Below are positions 8,431 through 17,694 of a stretch of DNA of 64,000 nt, one piece after another; position 1 is the stretch's first letter, and the number at the start of each line of letters is the position of its first letter. Position numbers and translations under genes: made by a program. Origin of the DNA: Patescibacteria group bacterium. Its GTDB lineage: Bacteria; Patescibacteriota; Microgenomatia; UBA1400; UBA1449. The stretch spans positions 3,049 to 67,048 of the forward strand of contig JBMNOG010000003.1 of NCBI GenBank assembly GCA_050942955.1. Reading direction: 5' to 3'. The notes below the pieces were generated by a model that worked only from the letters and a program-made list of their open reading frames with translations, searched no databases and was not told where the DNA came from.

Positions 8431-10764
8431 TTACAAGCTGCATTTACTAAAACCGCAGTTAAGGCACATCGAGCAGCCTTCACTCATTTGCAGGGGAGAG
8501 CCGCACTCAGGACAGAGAGAGGTATCAGGCACTAAGTGCTGAGTGTTGGGTTTTTTAGTTTCAATACTTTTTCTTTGATTCTTAGCACTTAGATCTTCAT
8601 TCTTGGCACCTTCTCTCATCCGTTCCTTAAGTGACTTTATTTTAATTTTGCTTTGAATAATCGGCTCAGCTTTTTTCCTGGAACTAGATTTTAATTGCTC
8701 TACTTTCTGTGTCTTTTTTAAAATTTGAATGCTCTTTGAACCATCACGGTAGATAGTAATACCCTTACACCCTAATTTCCAGGCAAGAAGATAGGCTTTC
8801 TCAATATCTTCAATGGTTGCATTATGAGGAAAATTTATTGTTTTGGAAACAGCGTTATCTGTGTACTTTTGGAAAGCAGCCTGCATCCGCACGTGATCTT
8901 CCCAGGAAATGTCATGAGCTGTCACAAAAATGTTGCGGATTTTTGCCGGAATTGCCGATATTTCTTGACAGCTACCCGTTTTAACAACTTCTTCAATAAC
9001 CTCCTGCCGTTTATCTTTATTTGGAATTACTTCTTTTAAGACTTCTTCAAAGTAGGGATTAACATAGGTTAAGCCTTCATCTTCAACCACATTTTTAACG
9101 TATGAAAGTAGAAATACAGGTTCAATTCCGGAAGAACAGTTGGCAATCATAGAGATTGTTCCGGTTGGGGCAATGGTAGTAATTGCAAGGTTGCGTTGCT
9201 TCACTCCTTTTTTCTCATAAAGACTTCCTTTCCAGTTGGCAAACACCCCCTTTTCTTTAGCTAGTACCTCCGATTCGTTATGAGACACAGAGTAAATAAA
9301 ACGCATCACTTTTTCGGCTAAGCCAAGCGCTTCAGAAGAGTTGTAGGCAATCTCAAGCTGATAGAGCATATCCGCCCAACCCATAACCCCAAGACCAATC
9401 CTTCGATTTGCTTTAGCCATTTGTTCCACTTCAGGAATGGGGTATAAAGAGATATCCACCCCATTATCTAAAAATCTAACAGCCAATCTCACTACTTCTT
9501 CAAGCCTTTTCCAGTGTACTCTTTTTCCTGGCTTTTCTTCATTTTCGATGATAAATTTTGCTAAGTTAAGTGAACCCAAGTTACAGACATCAAACGGATG
9601 CAGAGGCTGTTCACCGCAGGGATTAGTAGCCTGGAGCGGACCAAGTGTTTCTAAAACCGGATTGTTGCGGTTAATTGTATCGAGATATATAACCCCGGGG
9701 TCACCCGTTCGCCAGGCTAGAGTAACTATTTGGTCAAATAAGCTGCGCGCCGGTATAGTTTGAACAATTTCTTTTGTTCGCGGGTTAAGAAGGTCAAAAT
9801 CCTTGTCTTTTTCTACTGCCTGCATAAATAGGTCGCTAACTCCTACGGAAATGTTAAAGTTATTAACTTCCTGTTCTTCGGTTTTGCAGGTGATAAAGTC
9901 TAAAATATCTGGGTGATCAACATTAAGAATCCCCATATTAGCCCCGCGCCGAAAGCCTCCCTGCATAATCTGTCTCGTAGCTGCATCAAAGACTTTCATA
10001 AAAGAAATCGGACCGGATGAGTAACCGCCGGAAGAAACAACATAATCACCTTTAGGACGAAGGGCACTAAAGTTAAAGCCTGTGCCGCCACCTTTTTGCT
10101 GGATAAGCGCCATCCACTTTACTGCATCAAAAATTCCTTCCATTGAGTCTTTAACTGGCAAAACAAAGCAGTTAGCAAGCATGCTTTTTTCAAGCCCGGC
10201 CGTGCGCAGATACCCTCCTGCCGGAACAAACTCAAAGGTGGTCATCATTCCTAGAAATGCTTTCTCCCACTTCTTTTTATCTCTTTTTTCGTTAGCTGCT
10301 ATCGCTTTAGCCACTCTTTCAAACAGTTGCTTGGGTGTTTCGACTACCTTTCCTTCATCATTGTGCCGAAGGTAGCGGCTTTCCATTACTTTAAGCTGGT
10401 TAAAGGTAAGTCCAAGGTCATCAGTAACTCCAATACTTTGTTTTGCTTCCCGTTCTTCCGTACGTTCTGCCCGGTAAAGAATGTAGGCTTTGGCCGTTTT
10501 GTAGTAGCCGGCAGCCATCAAAACCTGCTCAACGACATCCTGCATAGTTTCAACTGCAGGCGGCTGGCCGTTAACTGTTCGGGTAAAAAGATCGATGGCA
10601 ATAGGAGTCAGGCGTTTTGCTTCTCTGATACTTTTGTCTTTATCTTTAAGTTCTTTACTTCCTAAAAAAGCTTTGTACATGGCTTGAGTCACTTTGTTAG
10701 GATCAAAGTTAACTAATCTGCCGTCGCGCTTTTGGATTTGAGTAATGGGGTTATGAGATGACAT
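8431..10764 (-). CDS. nrdJ: Class II (adenosylcobalamin-dependent) ribonucleotide reductase, paralog 1. It has an N-terminal ATP-cone.
   Basis: 777 aa. N-terminal ATP-cone-like region (KRDGRLVNFDPNKV ... AKAYILYRAERTE). CFVLP and TNPCGEQPL active-site motifs. C-terminal zinc ribbon CPECGSPLQMSEGCSMCLNCG. Confidence 0.9.
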   Translation of the reverse strand: MSSHNPITQIQKRDGRLVNFDPNKVTQAMYKAFLGSKELKDKDKSIREAKRLTPIAIDLFTRTVNGQPPAVETMQDVVEQVLMAAGYYKTAKAYILYRAERTEEREAKQSIGVTDDLGLTFNQLKVMESRYLRHNDEGKVVETPKQLFERVAKAIAANEKRDKKKWEKAFLGMMTTFEFVPAGGYLRTAGLEKSMLANCFVLPVKDSMEGIFDAVKWMALIQQKGGGTGFNFSALRPKGDYVVSSGGYSSGPISFMKVFDAATRQIMQGGFRRGANMGILNVDHPDILDFITCKTEEQEVNNFNISVGVSDLFMQAVEKDKDFDLLNPRTKEIVQTIPARSLFDQIVTLAWRTGDPGVIYLDTINRNNPVLETLGPLQATNPCGEQPLHPFDVCNLGSLNLAKFIIENEEKPGKRVHWKRLEEVVRLAVRFLDNGVDISLYPIPEVEQMAKANRRIGLGVMGWADMLYQLEIAYNSSEALGLAEKVMRFIYSVSHNESEVLAKEKGVFANWKGSLYEKKGVKQRNLAITTIAPTGTISMIANCSSGIEPVFLLSYVKNVVEDEGLTYVNPYFEEVLKEVIPNKDKRQEVIEEVVKTGSCQEISAIPAKIRNIFVTAHDISWEDHVRMQAAFQKYTDNAVSKTINFPHNATIEDIEKAYLLAWKLGCKGITIYRDGSKSIQILKKTQKVEQLKSSSRKKAEPIIQSKIKIKSLKERMREGAKNEDLSAKNQRKSIETKKPNTQHLVPDTSLCPECGSPLQMSEGCSMCLNCGFSKCSL

Positions 10765-10775
10765 AGTTTAAAAAC

Positions 10776-12737
10776 CTACAGTTTACACTGACTCCACCCG
10801 CATTCATGACAGGTAGCACAGCCTTCGGATTTAACGATACGGGCCCCGCATTCAGGACAGGAAGAGGTGCTCAGTGCTGAGTTCTGGGTACTAAGATTTT
10901 CAGTTTTACTAACCTTTTCTATAAGATCACTATTCGTGTCCAACTTCGTACTTGGTACTTCGTACTTAGTACTTTTGACATTCAATACCTGATCCTGTTT
11001 ACTGCCGTCGCGGTAGATCGTAATTCCCTTGCACCCTAACCGCCAAGCAAGCATATATGCGTTGCGCACATCTTCAGCTGTTGCGTTATGAGGAAAATTA
11101 ATCGTTTTGGAGACGGAATTGTCAAAATGTTTCTGCCAGGCAGCCTGAATTCGGACATGCCACTCAGGTTCAATCTGATGAGAAGTAACAAACAGTTTCT
11201 TTTCTTTTTTGTTCAGGTGCTCAACACTACCAAGGTTTCCTTCTGCCGCTATTGTTTCCAAAACACTCCTAACCTCTTTCTTTGTTAGACCCTTTGTTTT
11301 CAGATACTCTTCAAACTCAGGGTCAATCATCATTAACTCTTCTGTCGGCCGATTTTTTTTATCATCTTCAAAAAAGGTTTTTCGCAGGGTCACTAAAGAA
11401 AAAACAGGTTCAATTCCGGAAGAACAATTGGCCAGCATAGAGATAGTGCCGGTTGGGGCAATCATTGTGAGAGCGCAATTTCGGTACCGTTCCGCACTGC
11501 CAGCATAAATTGACCGGTCCCAGTTGGGGAATACACCCCGTTCTTTGCCAAGCTCTAAAGACATTTCTTCAGCTTTGCGTCTGATAAACTTAGCTAACCT
11601 TTCCGAAAGCCTGATAGCTTCTTCGCTGTTGTAGGGAATGCCAAGTTTAAAAAGCAAGTGAGCAAAGCCCATCACTCCAAGACCAATGCGACGGTTGCCG
11701 TTTTTTACCATTTCTTCAATTTCTTTAAGCGGATAGTTATTTACTTCGATCATATCGTCTAAAAGACGTACCGCTACTTTTATAGATTTTTCCAGATCAT
11801 CCCAGTCAATTTCATAACTACCGTTTTTATCTTTTACTATATGATTTGAAAGGATAATTGAAGTAAGGTTGCACGACTCATAGGGCAGTAGGGGTATCTC
11901 ACCGCAAGGGTTAGTACAGTTAATTACTCCCAGAGAAGGGGTGGGGTTATCTTCCTGCATTCTATCCAAAAAAGCCAGCCCTGGGTCACCTGTTGCCCAA
12001 GCGTGTTCAACGATTAAGTCAAATAGTTTTCGGGCTTTAATCTTTTTAACTACCTCCCCATTCCGGGGGTTAATAAGTTCCCAAGGTTTATCCTGCTCAA
12101 CTGCCTCCATAAACTCATTCGTTACTCCTACTGACACATTAAAGTTTTTAATCGTACCGTCTTCTTCTTTTAAAGTAATAAAGTCGATAATGTCAGGATG
12201 ATCAACATTTAAAACCCCAATGTTAGCGCCTTGTCTTTTTGAGCCTTGGAGAATTTTTGATAAAGCAGCCGAGTAGGCACTTAAGAAATCAACCGGGCCA
12301 GAAGCTGCACCAGGGACATTTTTAACTTTATCTCCACGGGGTCTGATTTTGGAAAAGTTGAAACCTGTGCCACCGTTATTTTTGTGAACAACTGCCGCAT
12401 CTCCTAAGGTTTTAAAAATTGAGTGGATATTATCTTCAACCGGTAAAACAAAGCAGGATGAAAGCTGGCCTGTACCCCCGGGATTGCCAGCTTCAAACAA
12501 GGCTTTACCGGCTACCACAAATTTCAAATTTACCATCCGCTCAAAAAACTGCTTAGCTGTTTTTTCAACAATTCCATTCATCCCCCAGTTGATCTCAGCC
12601 TTAGCAAGATGCTGGGCAACGCGCCAGAACATTTCTCCCGGAGTTTCGATTACATTCCCTTCCATATCTGTTCGCAAGTAGCGTTTTTCGGCAATCTTTT
12701 TCGCACTTTTAGTCAAGTTTGGTTCAGTAATTTTCAT
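10776..12737 (-). CDS. nrdJ: Class II ribonucleotide reductase, paralog 2. It has no ATP-cone.
   Basis: 653 aa. CFVLPVED and NPCGEIPL motifs. C-terminal CPECGARIVKSEGCATCHECG zinc ribbon. It sits 11 nt upstream of paralog 1. Confidence 0.85.
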   Translation of the reverse strand: MKITEPNLTKSAKKIAEKRYLRTDMEGNVIETPGEMFWRVAQHLAKAEINWGMNGIVEKTAKQFFERMVNLKFVVAGKALFEAGNPGGTGQLSSCFVLPVEDNIHSIFKTLGDAAVVHKNNGGTGFNFSKIRPRGDKVKNVPGAASGPVDFLSAYSAALSKILQGSKRQGANIGVLNVDHPDIIDFITLKEEDGTIKNFNVSVGVTNEFMEAVEQDKPWELINPRNGEVVKKIKARKLFDLIVEHAWATGDPGLAFLDRMQEDNPTPSLGVINCTNPCGEIPLLPYESCNLTSIILSNHIVKDKNGSYEIDWDDLEKSIKVAVRLLDDMIEVNNYPLKEIEEMVKNGNRRIGLGVMGFAHLLFKLGIPYNSEEAIRLSERLAKFIRRKAEEMSLELGKERGVFPNWDRSIYAGSAERYRNCALTMIAPTGTISMLANCSSGIEPVFSLVTLRKTFFEDDKKNRPTEELMMIDPEFEEYLKTKGLTKKEVRSVLETIAAEGNLGSVEHLNKKEKKLFVTSHQIEPEWHVRIQAAWQKHFDNSVSKTINFPHNATAEDVRNAYMLAWRLGCKGITIYRDGSKQDQVLNVKSTKYEVPSTKLDTNSDLIEKVSKTENLSTQNSALSTSSCPECGARIVKSEGCATCHECGWSQCKL

Positions 12738-12764
12738 AGTTATTTCTTATATGTTTATGCTATT

Positions 12765-12800
12765 TGACAAAGCTGATAGATTTTTTAATCAGCTTTGTCA
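12765..12800. promoter_or_regulatory. Perfect 13-bp inverted repeat with a 9-nt spacer in the RNR3-RNR2 intergenic region. It could be an operator, attenuator or terminator.
   Basis: TGACAAAGCTGAT-agatttttt-AATCAGCTTTGTCA. A second imperfect hairpin (TTCGTTTCC-tatct-GGAAAC-aga-AAACGAA) follows at about 12822-12850. Confidence 0.4.
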
Positions 12801-12850
12801 TGCTGAGTTTTTCGTTTCCTATCTGGAAACAGAAAACGAAGCGCTATTTT

Positions 12851-14950
12851 TTACACATCACACTTACTGTACCCACACTCAGGGCACGTCATACAACCCT
12901 CTCCTTTGCGCATAACCGCTCCACATTCAGGGCAGGAAGATAGGGCATCAGTTGGTTTAAAAGGACGGGGAACTTGATCAATTCTGCGTTTCACTAACGG
13001 AGTTCCCCGAAACTCAGAGGCGCCATTTGTGGTATATGCATCATTTTTCTTACTGCCGCTTTCTAAAACTACTTCTTTTCTTGAGCCAGTTACATAGACC
13101 GTTATCCCCTTACAACCAAGTTTCCAAGCAAGCATATATGCCCTTTTTACATCGTCAACTGTGGCATTTGAAGGAAAGTTAATCGTTTTGGAAATCGAGT
13201 TGTCTACAAACTGCTGGAGCGCTGCCTGCATCCGAACGTGCTGGCTTGCCGTTAAATCAGATGAAACAACAAATACTTTCCTGATTTCCTCCGGAATTTC
13301 GGCAATCCCCTGGCAACTTCCGCTTTGTCTCACTTTTTCAAAAATAAGTTCTCTTTTTTTCTTGCTAATACCACTTTTTGTAAGCGCTTTAGCAAACAAG
13401 TCGCTCTCATAGTAGAGTTGTTTAAAGTCTTCCCCGTTATCATAGTCCGCCCCCTCGTGCGTTTTCATTACATAACTTAAAGAAAAGACAGGTTCGCAGC
13501 CATACCCTTCTAAGCCAGAAACAGTTGCAATTGCGCCTGTCGGGGCAATAGTGTTCTGACAAGCATTACGGACACCATACTTTTTAATATCTTTTACTAA
13601 CGTTTTCCAATCGAGAATAGGGCGATTAAATGGTGTTTCAGACTTAACTAATGGTTTATTTATCGTAAAAACAAAACTATTCTTGTTGTAAACACTTTCA
13701 CTTATTCCGGGAAATGGCCCTCTGTCTTTAGCTAGTTCAACGCTGGCTTTAAGAGTATGAAAGCGAATAAACTCCATCACCTGACCAGCTAAGTCTTCTC
13801 CTTCTTTTGAACCATAAGGGACCCCAATTAGGTACATTAAGTCAGCCAGTCCCATAATGGAAACGCCGATTCGCCTATTTTTAAAAGCTGCTTCTTGCAG
13901 CAGAGGTACAGCTGGTACGTACTTGTTTACCTCAACCACATCGTCTAAAAAGCGGGTTATAACTTCTGTTGTTTTCTGCAACGCTTTCCAATCTATTTCA
14001 TAGTCAAACACTTTGCTGGCAAGTGATTTCCCTTTGGCTTTCTTGGGTTTTACATGTTGGCGGAGGTTAATACTGGCCATACAACAGTTTTCCCCTGGTC
14101 CCAGCCACTGCTCGCCGCAGGGATTCGTTGCTTCCAGGGTATATTGCTGCGGCACCGGGTTGTCTCGATTTGCACTGTCAAGGAAAAGGACTCCAGGTTC
14201 ACCATTATGATGGGCAAAGGTGGCAATCTTAGTAAACAAGTCTTTCGCTTTTACTTTTTTTACTACTTCTTTACTATAGGGATCGATAAGAGAAAATAGC
14301 TTATTGCCTTCCACTGCCCTCATAAACTCATCGGTGATCCCCACTGAAATATTGAAGTGCTCAACCTCTCCCTCACTTTCTTTGCAGCAGATAAAGTCTT
14401 CAATATCCGGATGGTTTATCGGCAAAACCGCCATACATGCACTTCGTCTTCCCCCACCTTGCCCAATAACCCAGAAAGCGGTGTCGTAGATTTTTAAGAA
14501 AGAAACTGCTCCGGTAGCTTTTCCTTTGCTGGTACTGATAAAAGAACCTTTATGTCTGATTCTGCCAAAAGAAAAACCAACTCCTCCACCTGATTGAAGA
14601 ATTAAGACCGCATCGCGAAGAGTTGAAAAAATACTGTGCTCCATCTTGCCTAAATCGTCTTCAATCGGCAAGACAAAGCAGTTAGCCAGTTGTCCAGAAC
14701 CTGTACCAGCATTAGCAATCGTTCTTCCATTAGGAAGAAAACGGAGTTTACATAAGTTATCAAAAAACTCTTCCCGAACATCATTGGGATCAATCCCATC
14801 CCGGTACTGATTTTCCGCTTCTGCTACCACCCGTGCCACTCGTGCAAAAATGTCTTCAACTGACTCAACAGTTTTACCATACTCATCCCGTAAACTGTAA
14901 CGTTTGATAAAGACTTCTAGAGCATTTGGGGGTAGCTTAATTTTGGGCAT
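12851..14950 (-). CDS. nrdJ: Class II ribonucleotide reductase, paralog 3. It has no ATP-cone. I trimmed the start to the internal Met MPKIK so that it abuts the nrdR stop.
   Basis: CFVLPIEDD and NPCGEQWL motifs. C-terminal [21 protein letters not shown]. The longer ORF (to 15034) overlaps nrdR by 83 nt. The ATG at 14950 leaves a 1-nt gap after the nrdR stop. Confidence 0.85.
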   Translation of the reverse strand: MPKIKLPPNALEVFIKRYSLRDEYGKTVESVEDIFARVARVVAEAENQYRDGIDPNDVREEFFDNLCKLRFLPNGRTIANAGTGSGQLANCFVLPIEDDLGKMEHSIFSTLRDAVLILQSGGGVGFSFGRIRHKGSFISTSKGKATGAVSFLKIYDTAFWVIGQGGGRRSACMAVLPINHPDIEDFICCKESEGEVEHFNISVGITDEFMRAVEGNKLFSLIDPYSKEVVKKVKAKDLFTKIATFAHHNGEPGVLFLDSANRDNPVPQQYTLEATNPCGEQWLGPGENCCMASINLRQHVKPKKAKGKSLASKVFDYEIDWKALQKTTEVITRFLDDVVEVNKYVPAVPLLQEAAFKNRRIGVSIMGLADLMYLIGVPYGSKEGEDLAGQVMEFIRFHTLKASVELAKDRGPFPGISESVYNKNSFVFTINKPLVKSETPFNRPILDWKTLVKDIKKYGVRNACQNTIAPTGAIATVSGLEGYGCEPVFSLSYVMKTHEGADYDNGEDFKQLYYESDLFAKALTKSGISKKKRELIFEKVRQSGSCQGIAEIPEEIRKVFVVSSDLTASQHVRMQAALQQFVDNSISKTINFPSNATVDDVKRAYMLAWKLGCKGITVYVTGSRKEVVLESGSKKNDAYTTNGASEFRGTPLVKRRIDQVPRPFKPTDALSSCPECGAVMRKGEGCMTCPECGYSKCDV

Positions 14951-14951
14951 A

Positions 14952-15398
14952 TTAGTCAAGTTCCTGAATTTGTTTTTTAAATTCTCCAACACTGTTAAAT
15001 TCAAGAAAAACGCTGGCAAACCTAAGGTAAGCAACCGGATCCATGTGCTTAAGTCTTGTTAGAATCATTCGCCCAATATCAGATGAAGAAACCTCGGTTG
15101 ACTTCCGGTTCATTAGCCGTAACTCAATATCTTCAATTATTTTCTCAATATCTTCTTCCAGGATATCTCTCTTTTCACAAGCTAATTTTATGCCATACTT
15201 CATTTTTACCCGATCAAAATCCTCTTTGTTGCCATCTTTTTTTACTACTTTAAGATCAATAATCTCAACTCTTTCGTATGTAGTAAATCGCTTCTGGCAT
15301 CTATTACATTCCCGTCTACGGCGCGTAACCTGACCGTCCTCGCTATCGCGAGATTCTAGAACAGAACTTTTTGGTGAGTTACAGTAGGGACACAACAC
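14952..15398 (-). CDS. nrdR: NrdR transcriptional repressor (zinc ribbon plus ATP-cone).
   Basis: N-terminal CPYC...CNRC zinc ribbon (MLCPYCNSPKSSVLESRD...RRRRECNRCQKRFTTYE) followed by an ATP-cone. It lies immediately upstream of the RNR array. Confidence 0.9.
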   Translation of the reverse strand: MLCPYCNSPKSSVLESRDSEDGQVTRRRRECNRCQKRFTTYERVEIIDLKVVKKDGNKEDFDRVKMKYGIKLACEKRDILEEDIEKIIEDIELRLMNRKSTEVSSSDIGRMILTRLKHMDPVAYLRFASVFLEFNSVGEFKKQIQELD

Positions 15399-15448
15399 AA
15401 TGATCCTTAGAATTTCGAGATTTGCACATTACCTTTTATATTTTCATA

Positions 15449-15464
15449 ACACTATTCATAGTGT
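15449..15464. promoter_or_regulatory. Putative NrdR box 51-66 bp upstream of the nrdR start.
   Basis: ACACTATTCATAGTGT is a near-perfect palindrome with 7-bp arms ACACTAT / ATAGTGT. It matches the NrdR-box consensus acaCwAtATaTwGtgt. Confidence 0.5.
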
Positions 15465-15588
15465 GCTATAAAAATGTAGAGCACTATAAATCAGCGGTCA
15501 ATAGGTGTATTGAAACAAGAATAAGGACTAGGTTGTTTTAGGCTGTTTTATCAACAAGAATATGATTGAAGCAGTTTTTCCGCAAAGC

Positions 15589-16320
15589 CTACTGCTGAGC
15601 TGAGGAAGAAGCTTCAACACTAACTTCTACTGAAGGTTTAGGAAGATAGTCTCCTAGAGTTTCTTCAAATCTATTTTTTACAGCCAGACTTGTTTCCTCA
15701 AGTACTCTTTTTTCCCGATCAGAAACTTTTCCCTTAAGTTCAGAAATAATTTCCTGGTGTTTTTGATAGGTATTAACTAACCGTTTTTTTGAAGCTTCTT
15801 GATCAAAGTTATTTCCTTGCTTATCAATTACCTGATGTAACTGAGACTCTGCCCGAAGTAAATATTTTTCGGCTTTGGTTATTGTTGTAGTTCCCAAAGT
15901 TTGCTGGTTACCAAAAATTAACGCTTGTCCGGCCCCCAGTCTTTTATCAGCATACAGAAGCAGTAGTTCGTACTGGCGCTCCGGATCTTTGGCCAACCAA
16001 AGATTAATCTTATCCCTTAGCATCTTAATACAGTAAAGTGGATGGTCTGGTAGAATTCCGGGATACGGAAGATGATGGTCAATTAAGTTAGTTTTTTCCT
16101 TTCCTAATATGGTAGTAGTACTAGCACTGGCTTCGGAGGAAATCTCATCAGCTACAGATGCAAACACGGTTTTAGAGAAATTTTTTTGAATTAGGCCTGG
16201 ATGAGCAATACGAAAGGCTGAGATAATAACCATAAAGAAAGCTAAACAGACAAAAGTTCCGGATAGAAGTAAGCGCGAACTAATCATACAGTTACTTTTC
16301 TTTATAACCCAATTCATCAA
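15589..16320 (-). CDS. Hypothetical membrane-anchored protein. It resembles the DUF5667-type proteins common in CPR genomes.
   Basis: 243 aa. N-terminal transmembrane helix. Conserved HPLY...LRDKINLWL...RL region. No catalytic motif. Confidence 0.35.
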   Translation of the reverse strand: MMNWVIKKSNCMISSRLLLSGTFVCLAFFMVIISAFRIAHPGLIQKNFSKTVFASVADEISSEASASTTTILGKEKTNLIDHHLPYPGILPDHPLYCIKMLRDKINLWLAKDPERQYELLLLYADKRLGAGQALIFGNQQTLGTTTITKAEKYLLRAESQLHQVIDKQGNNFDQEASKKRLVNTYQKHQEIISELKGKVSDREKRVLEETSLAVKNRFEETLGDYLPKPSVEVSVEASSSAQQ

Positions 16321-16915
16321 GGGCTTTTTGTAATGTTTGTTCTTTGCTTAATGTGAAAGTATCTATAACCAAATCATATAACTCGGGATTCCAAAAATAA
16401 ATTGGCTCATTTGCTAAAGAAGGCTTAGCCTTTACCACCCAGTCCTGCCATTCTTTAGCATACATTTTCTGCCATTTTTCCAAATTTTTTTGTTCTCGTT
16501 CGAATATGTGTTTTTTAGCATCAGCAACAGATATATTATCACGGTTAACTAATCGGTCTACTCTAATAGGGTCATCACTGCATACTACTAATATTTTTAA
16601 GGTACCTGGAATTCCCTGAGCCATAAAACCAGAAAGCCAAGCATCAATGACCCGATGATCTTTTTCCTTTAAGCTCTTTCTAGTCTGATAATCTACCTTC
16701 CTATCAAAGTCATCGCTGTACACTGTTGCATCATGATGCAACTTGTTGTTGCGATCAAACAAACCTTGTTCAATCGCATATGCTCTCATAAAATCCCCAC
16801 CGCTGAAGTAATCCCATCCTAAAGTTTTAGCTAGAGTTTTAGCCAGAGTTGAGGAGCCAGCTCCAGGTAAGCCGGAAACAGTGATGTTTCTGTACCGCAA
16901 ATTTTTTCCAGTCAT
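16292..16915 (-). CDS. P-loop nucleotide kinase resembling cytidylate kinase family 2 (archaeal-type Cmk).
   Basis: Walker A ITVSGLPGAGSSTLAKTLA. Kinase-like VDRLVNRDNISVADAKKHIFEREQ region. Confidence 0.5.
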   Translation of the reverse strand: MTGKNLRYRNITVSGLPGAGSSTLAKTLAKTLGWDYFSGGDFMRAYAIEQGLFDRNNKLHHDATVYSDDFDRKVDYQTRKSLKEKDHRVIDAWLSGFMAQGIPGTLKILVVCSDDPIRVDRLVNRDNISVADAKKHIFEREQKNLEKWQKMYAKEWQDWVVKAKPSLANEPIYFWNPELYDLVIDTFTLSKEQTLQKALDELGYKEK

Positions 16916-16992
16916 ACTATTCCTCCAGTACGTGCATAATTTGCTAATTTTAGCGCATCACTTCTTCTGAGTCCAGAGAAAACTTACCTATC

Positions 16993-17520
16993 CTATTGTA
17001 AAGACGGCTGAAAAGCTACAGCACAGATAGACTGAGCTTTCTCAATAGCTGTAAGTATCTGCTGTAATCTCTCCTTGGCTTCATGTAAAGTTATATGTTG
17101 AGTATTATCAATAAAGTAGTGAAAAATCTTGTTGCGGCACTCTTTCCAAGTTTGCCACAAAAGTTCTGGAAGTTCTTTGCTGTGGTACAAATTTTCCAGA
17201 TCGTCATACAAAGCTTCAAAACTGTTTGGATCACTTTGTGCCAGTGCTGGATTTAAAGCCTTCCCTACTCTAAATCGTTTACCAGTATATCGCTTCTCTG
17301 ATATTAACCCTAAACGGAAGAGCATATCTTTGACAAAGCCTTCGTAGGCTTTTGCTGCAGGCATAACTATAAAGGAGTAGTCATAAAACGTTTTTTTCTT
17401 ATACTCGATATCTTCGATAAGGTAAAAGCTTTGCTGTAAAAGCTCTCTTTGAGAGGCAGGAAGTTTCTTAAACCATTCTTTTGCATGAAGCGTTTCTAAG
17501 GTATACTTAGTTTCTGACAT
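16993..17520 (-). CDS. Hypothetical protein. Possible HEPN-like domain.
   Basis: 175 aa. C-terminal ECRNKIFHY contains an R-x4-H arrangement like the HEPN RNase motif. Otherwise no recognised similarity. Confidence 0.3.
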   Translation of the reverse strand: MSETKYTLETLHAKEWFKKLPASQRELLQQSFYLIEDIEYKKKTFYDYSFIVMPAAKAYEGFVKDMLFRLGLISEKRYTGKRFRVGKALNPALAQSDPNSFEALYDDLENLYHSKELPELLWQTWKECRNKIFHYFIDNTQHITLHEAKERLQQILTAIEKAQSICAVAFQPSLQ

Positions 17521-17694
17521 AAATAATTTTGCCTTAAATCTTCTTTGTTCAACCGGGAAAAATTCCTCTATGTTTACTCTACCGTCTTTGGTGCTACTAG
17601 TTCAAGATGAGTTATTTTTCATTAAAAAGTAATACTCTTGCGTTATAATGACTTTGCTATTGCTGCAGTAAAACATTAAAACTAACTTCAATGT

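Noticed and set aside
8431-15034. The idea that the three RNR ORFs are intein-split or frameshift fragments of a single RNR.
   Set aside because: Each ORF is full length at 650-780 aa. Each has its own N-terminus, the complete CFVLP and NPCGE core and its own C-terminal zinc-ribbon tail. They are distinct paralogs, not fragments.
8431-15588. Cobalamin riboswitch upstream of the B12-dependent RNR array or cobA.
   Set aside because: The leaders are short (11-190 bp) and show none of the conserved B12-box sequences or the extended paired structure expected. The only strong structures are the NrdR-like box and the 13-bp palindrome.
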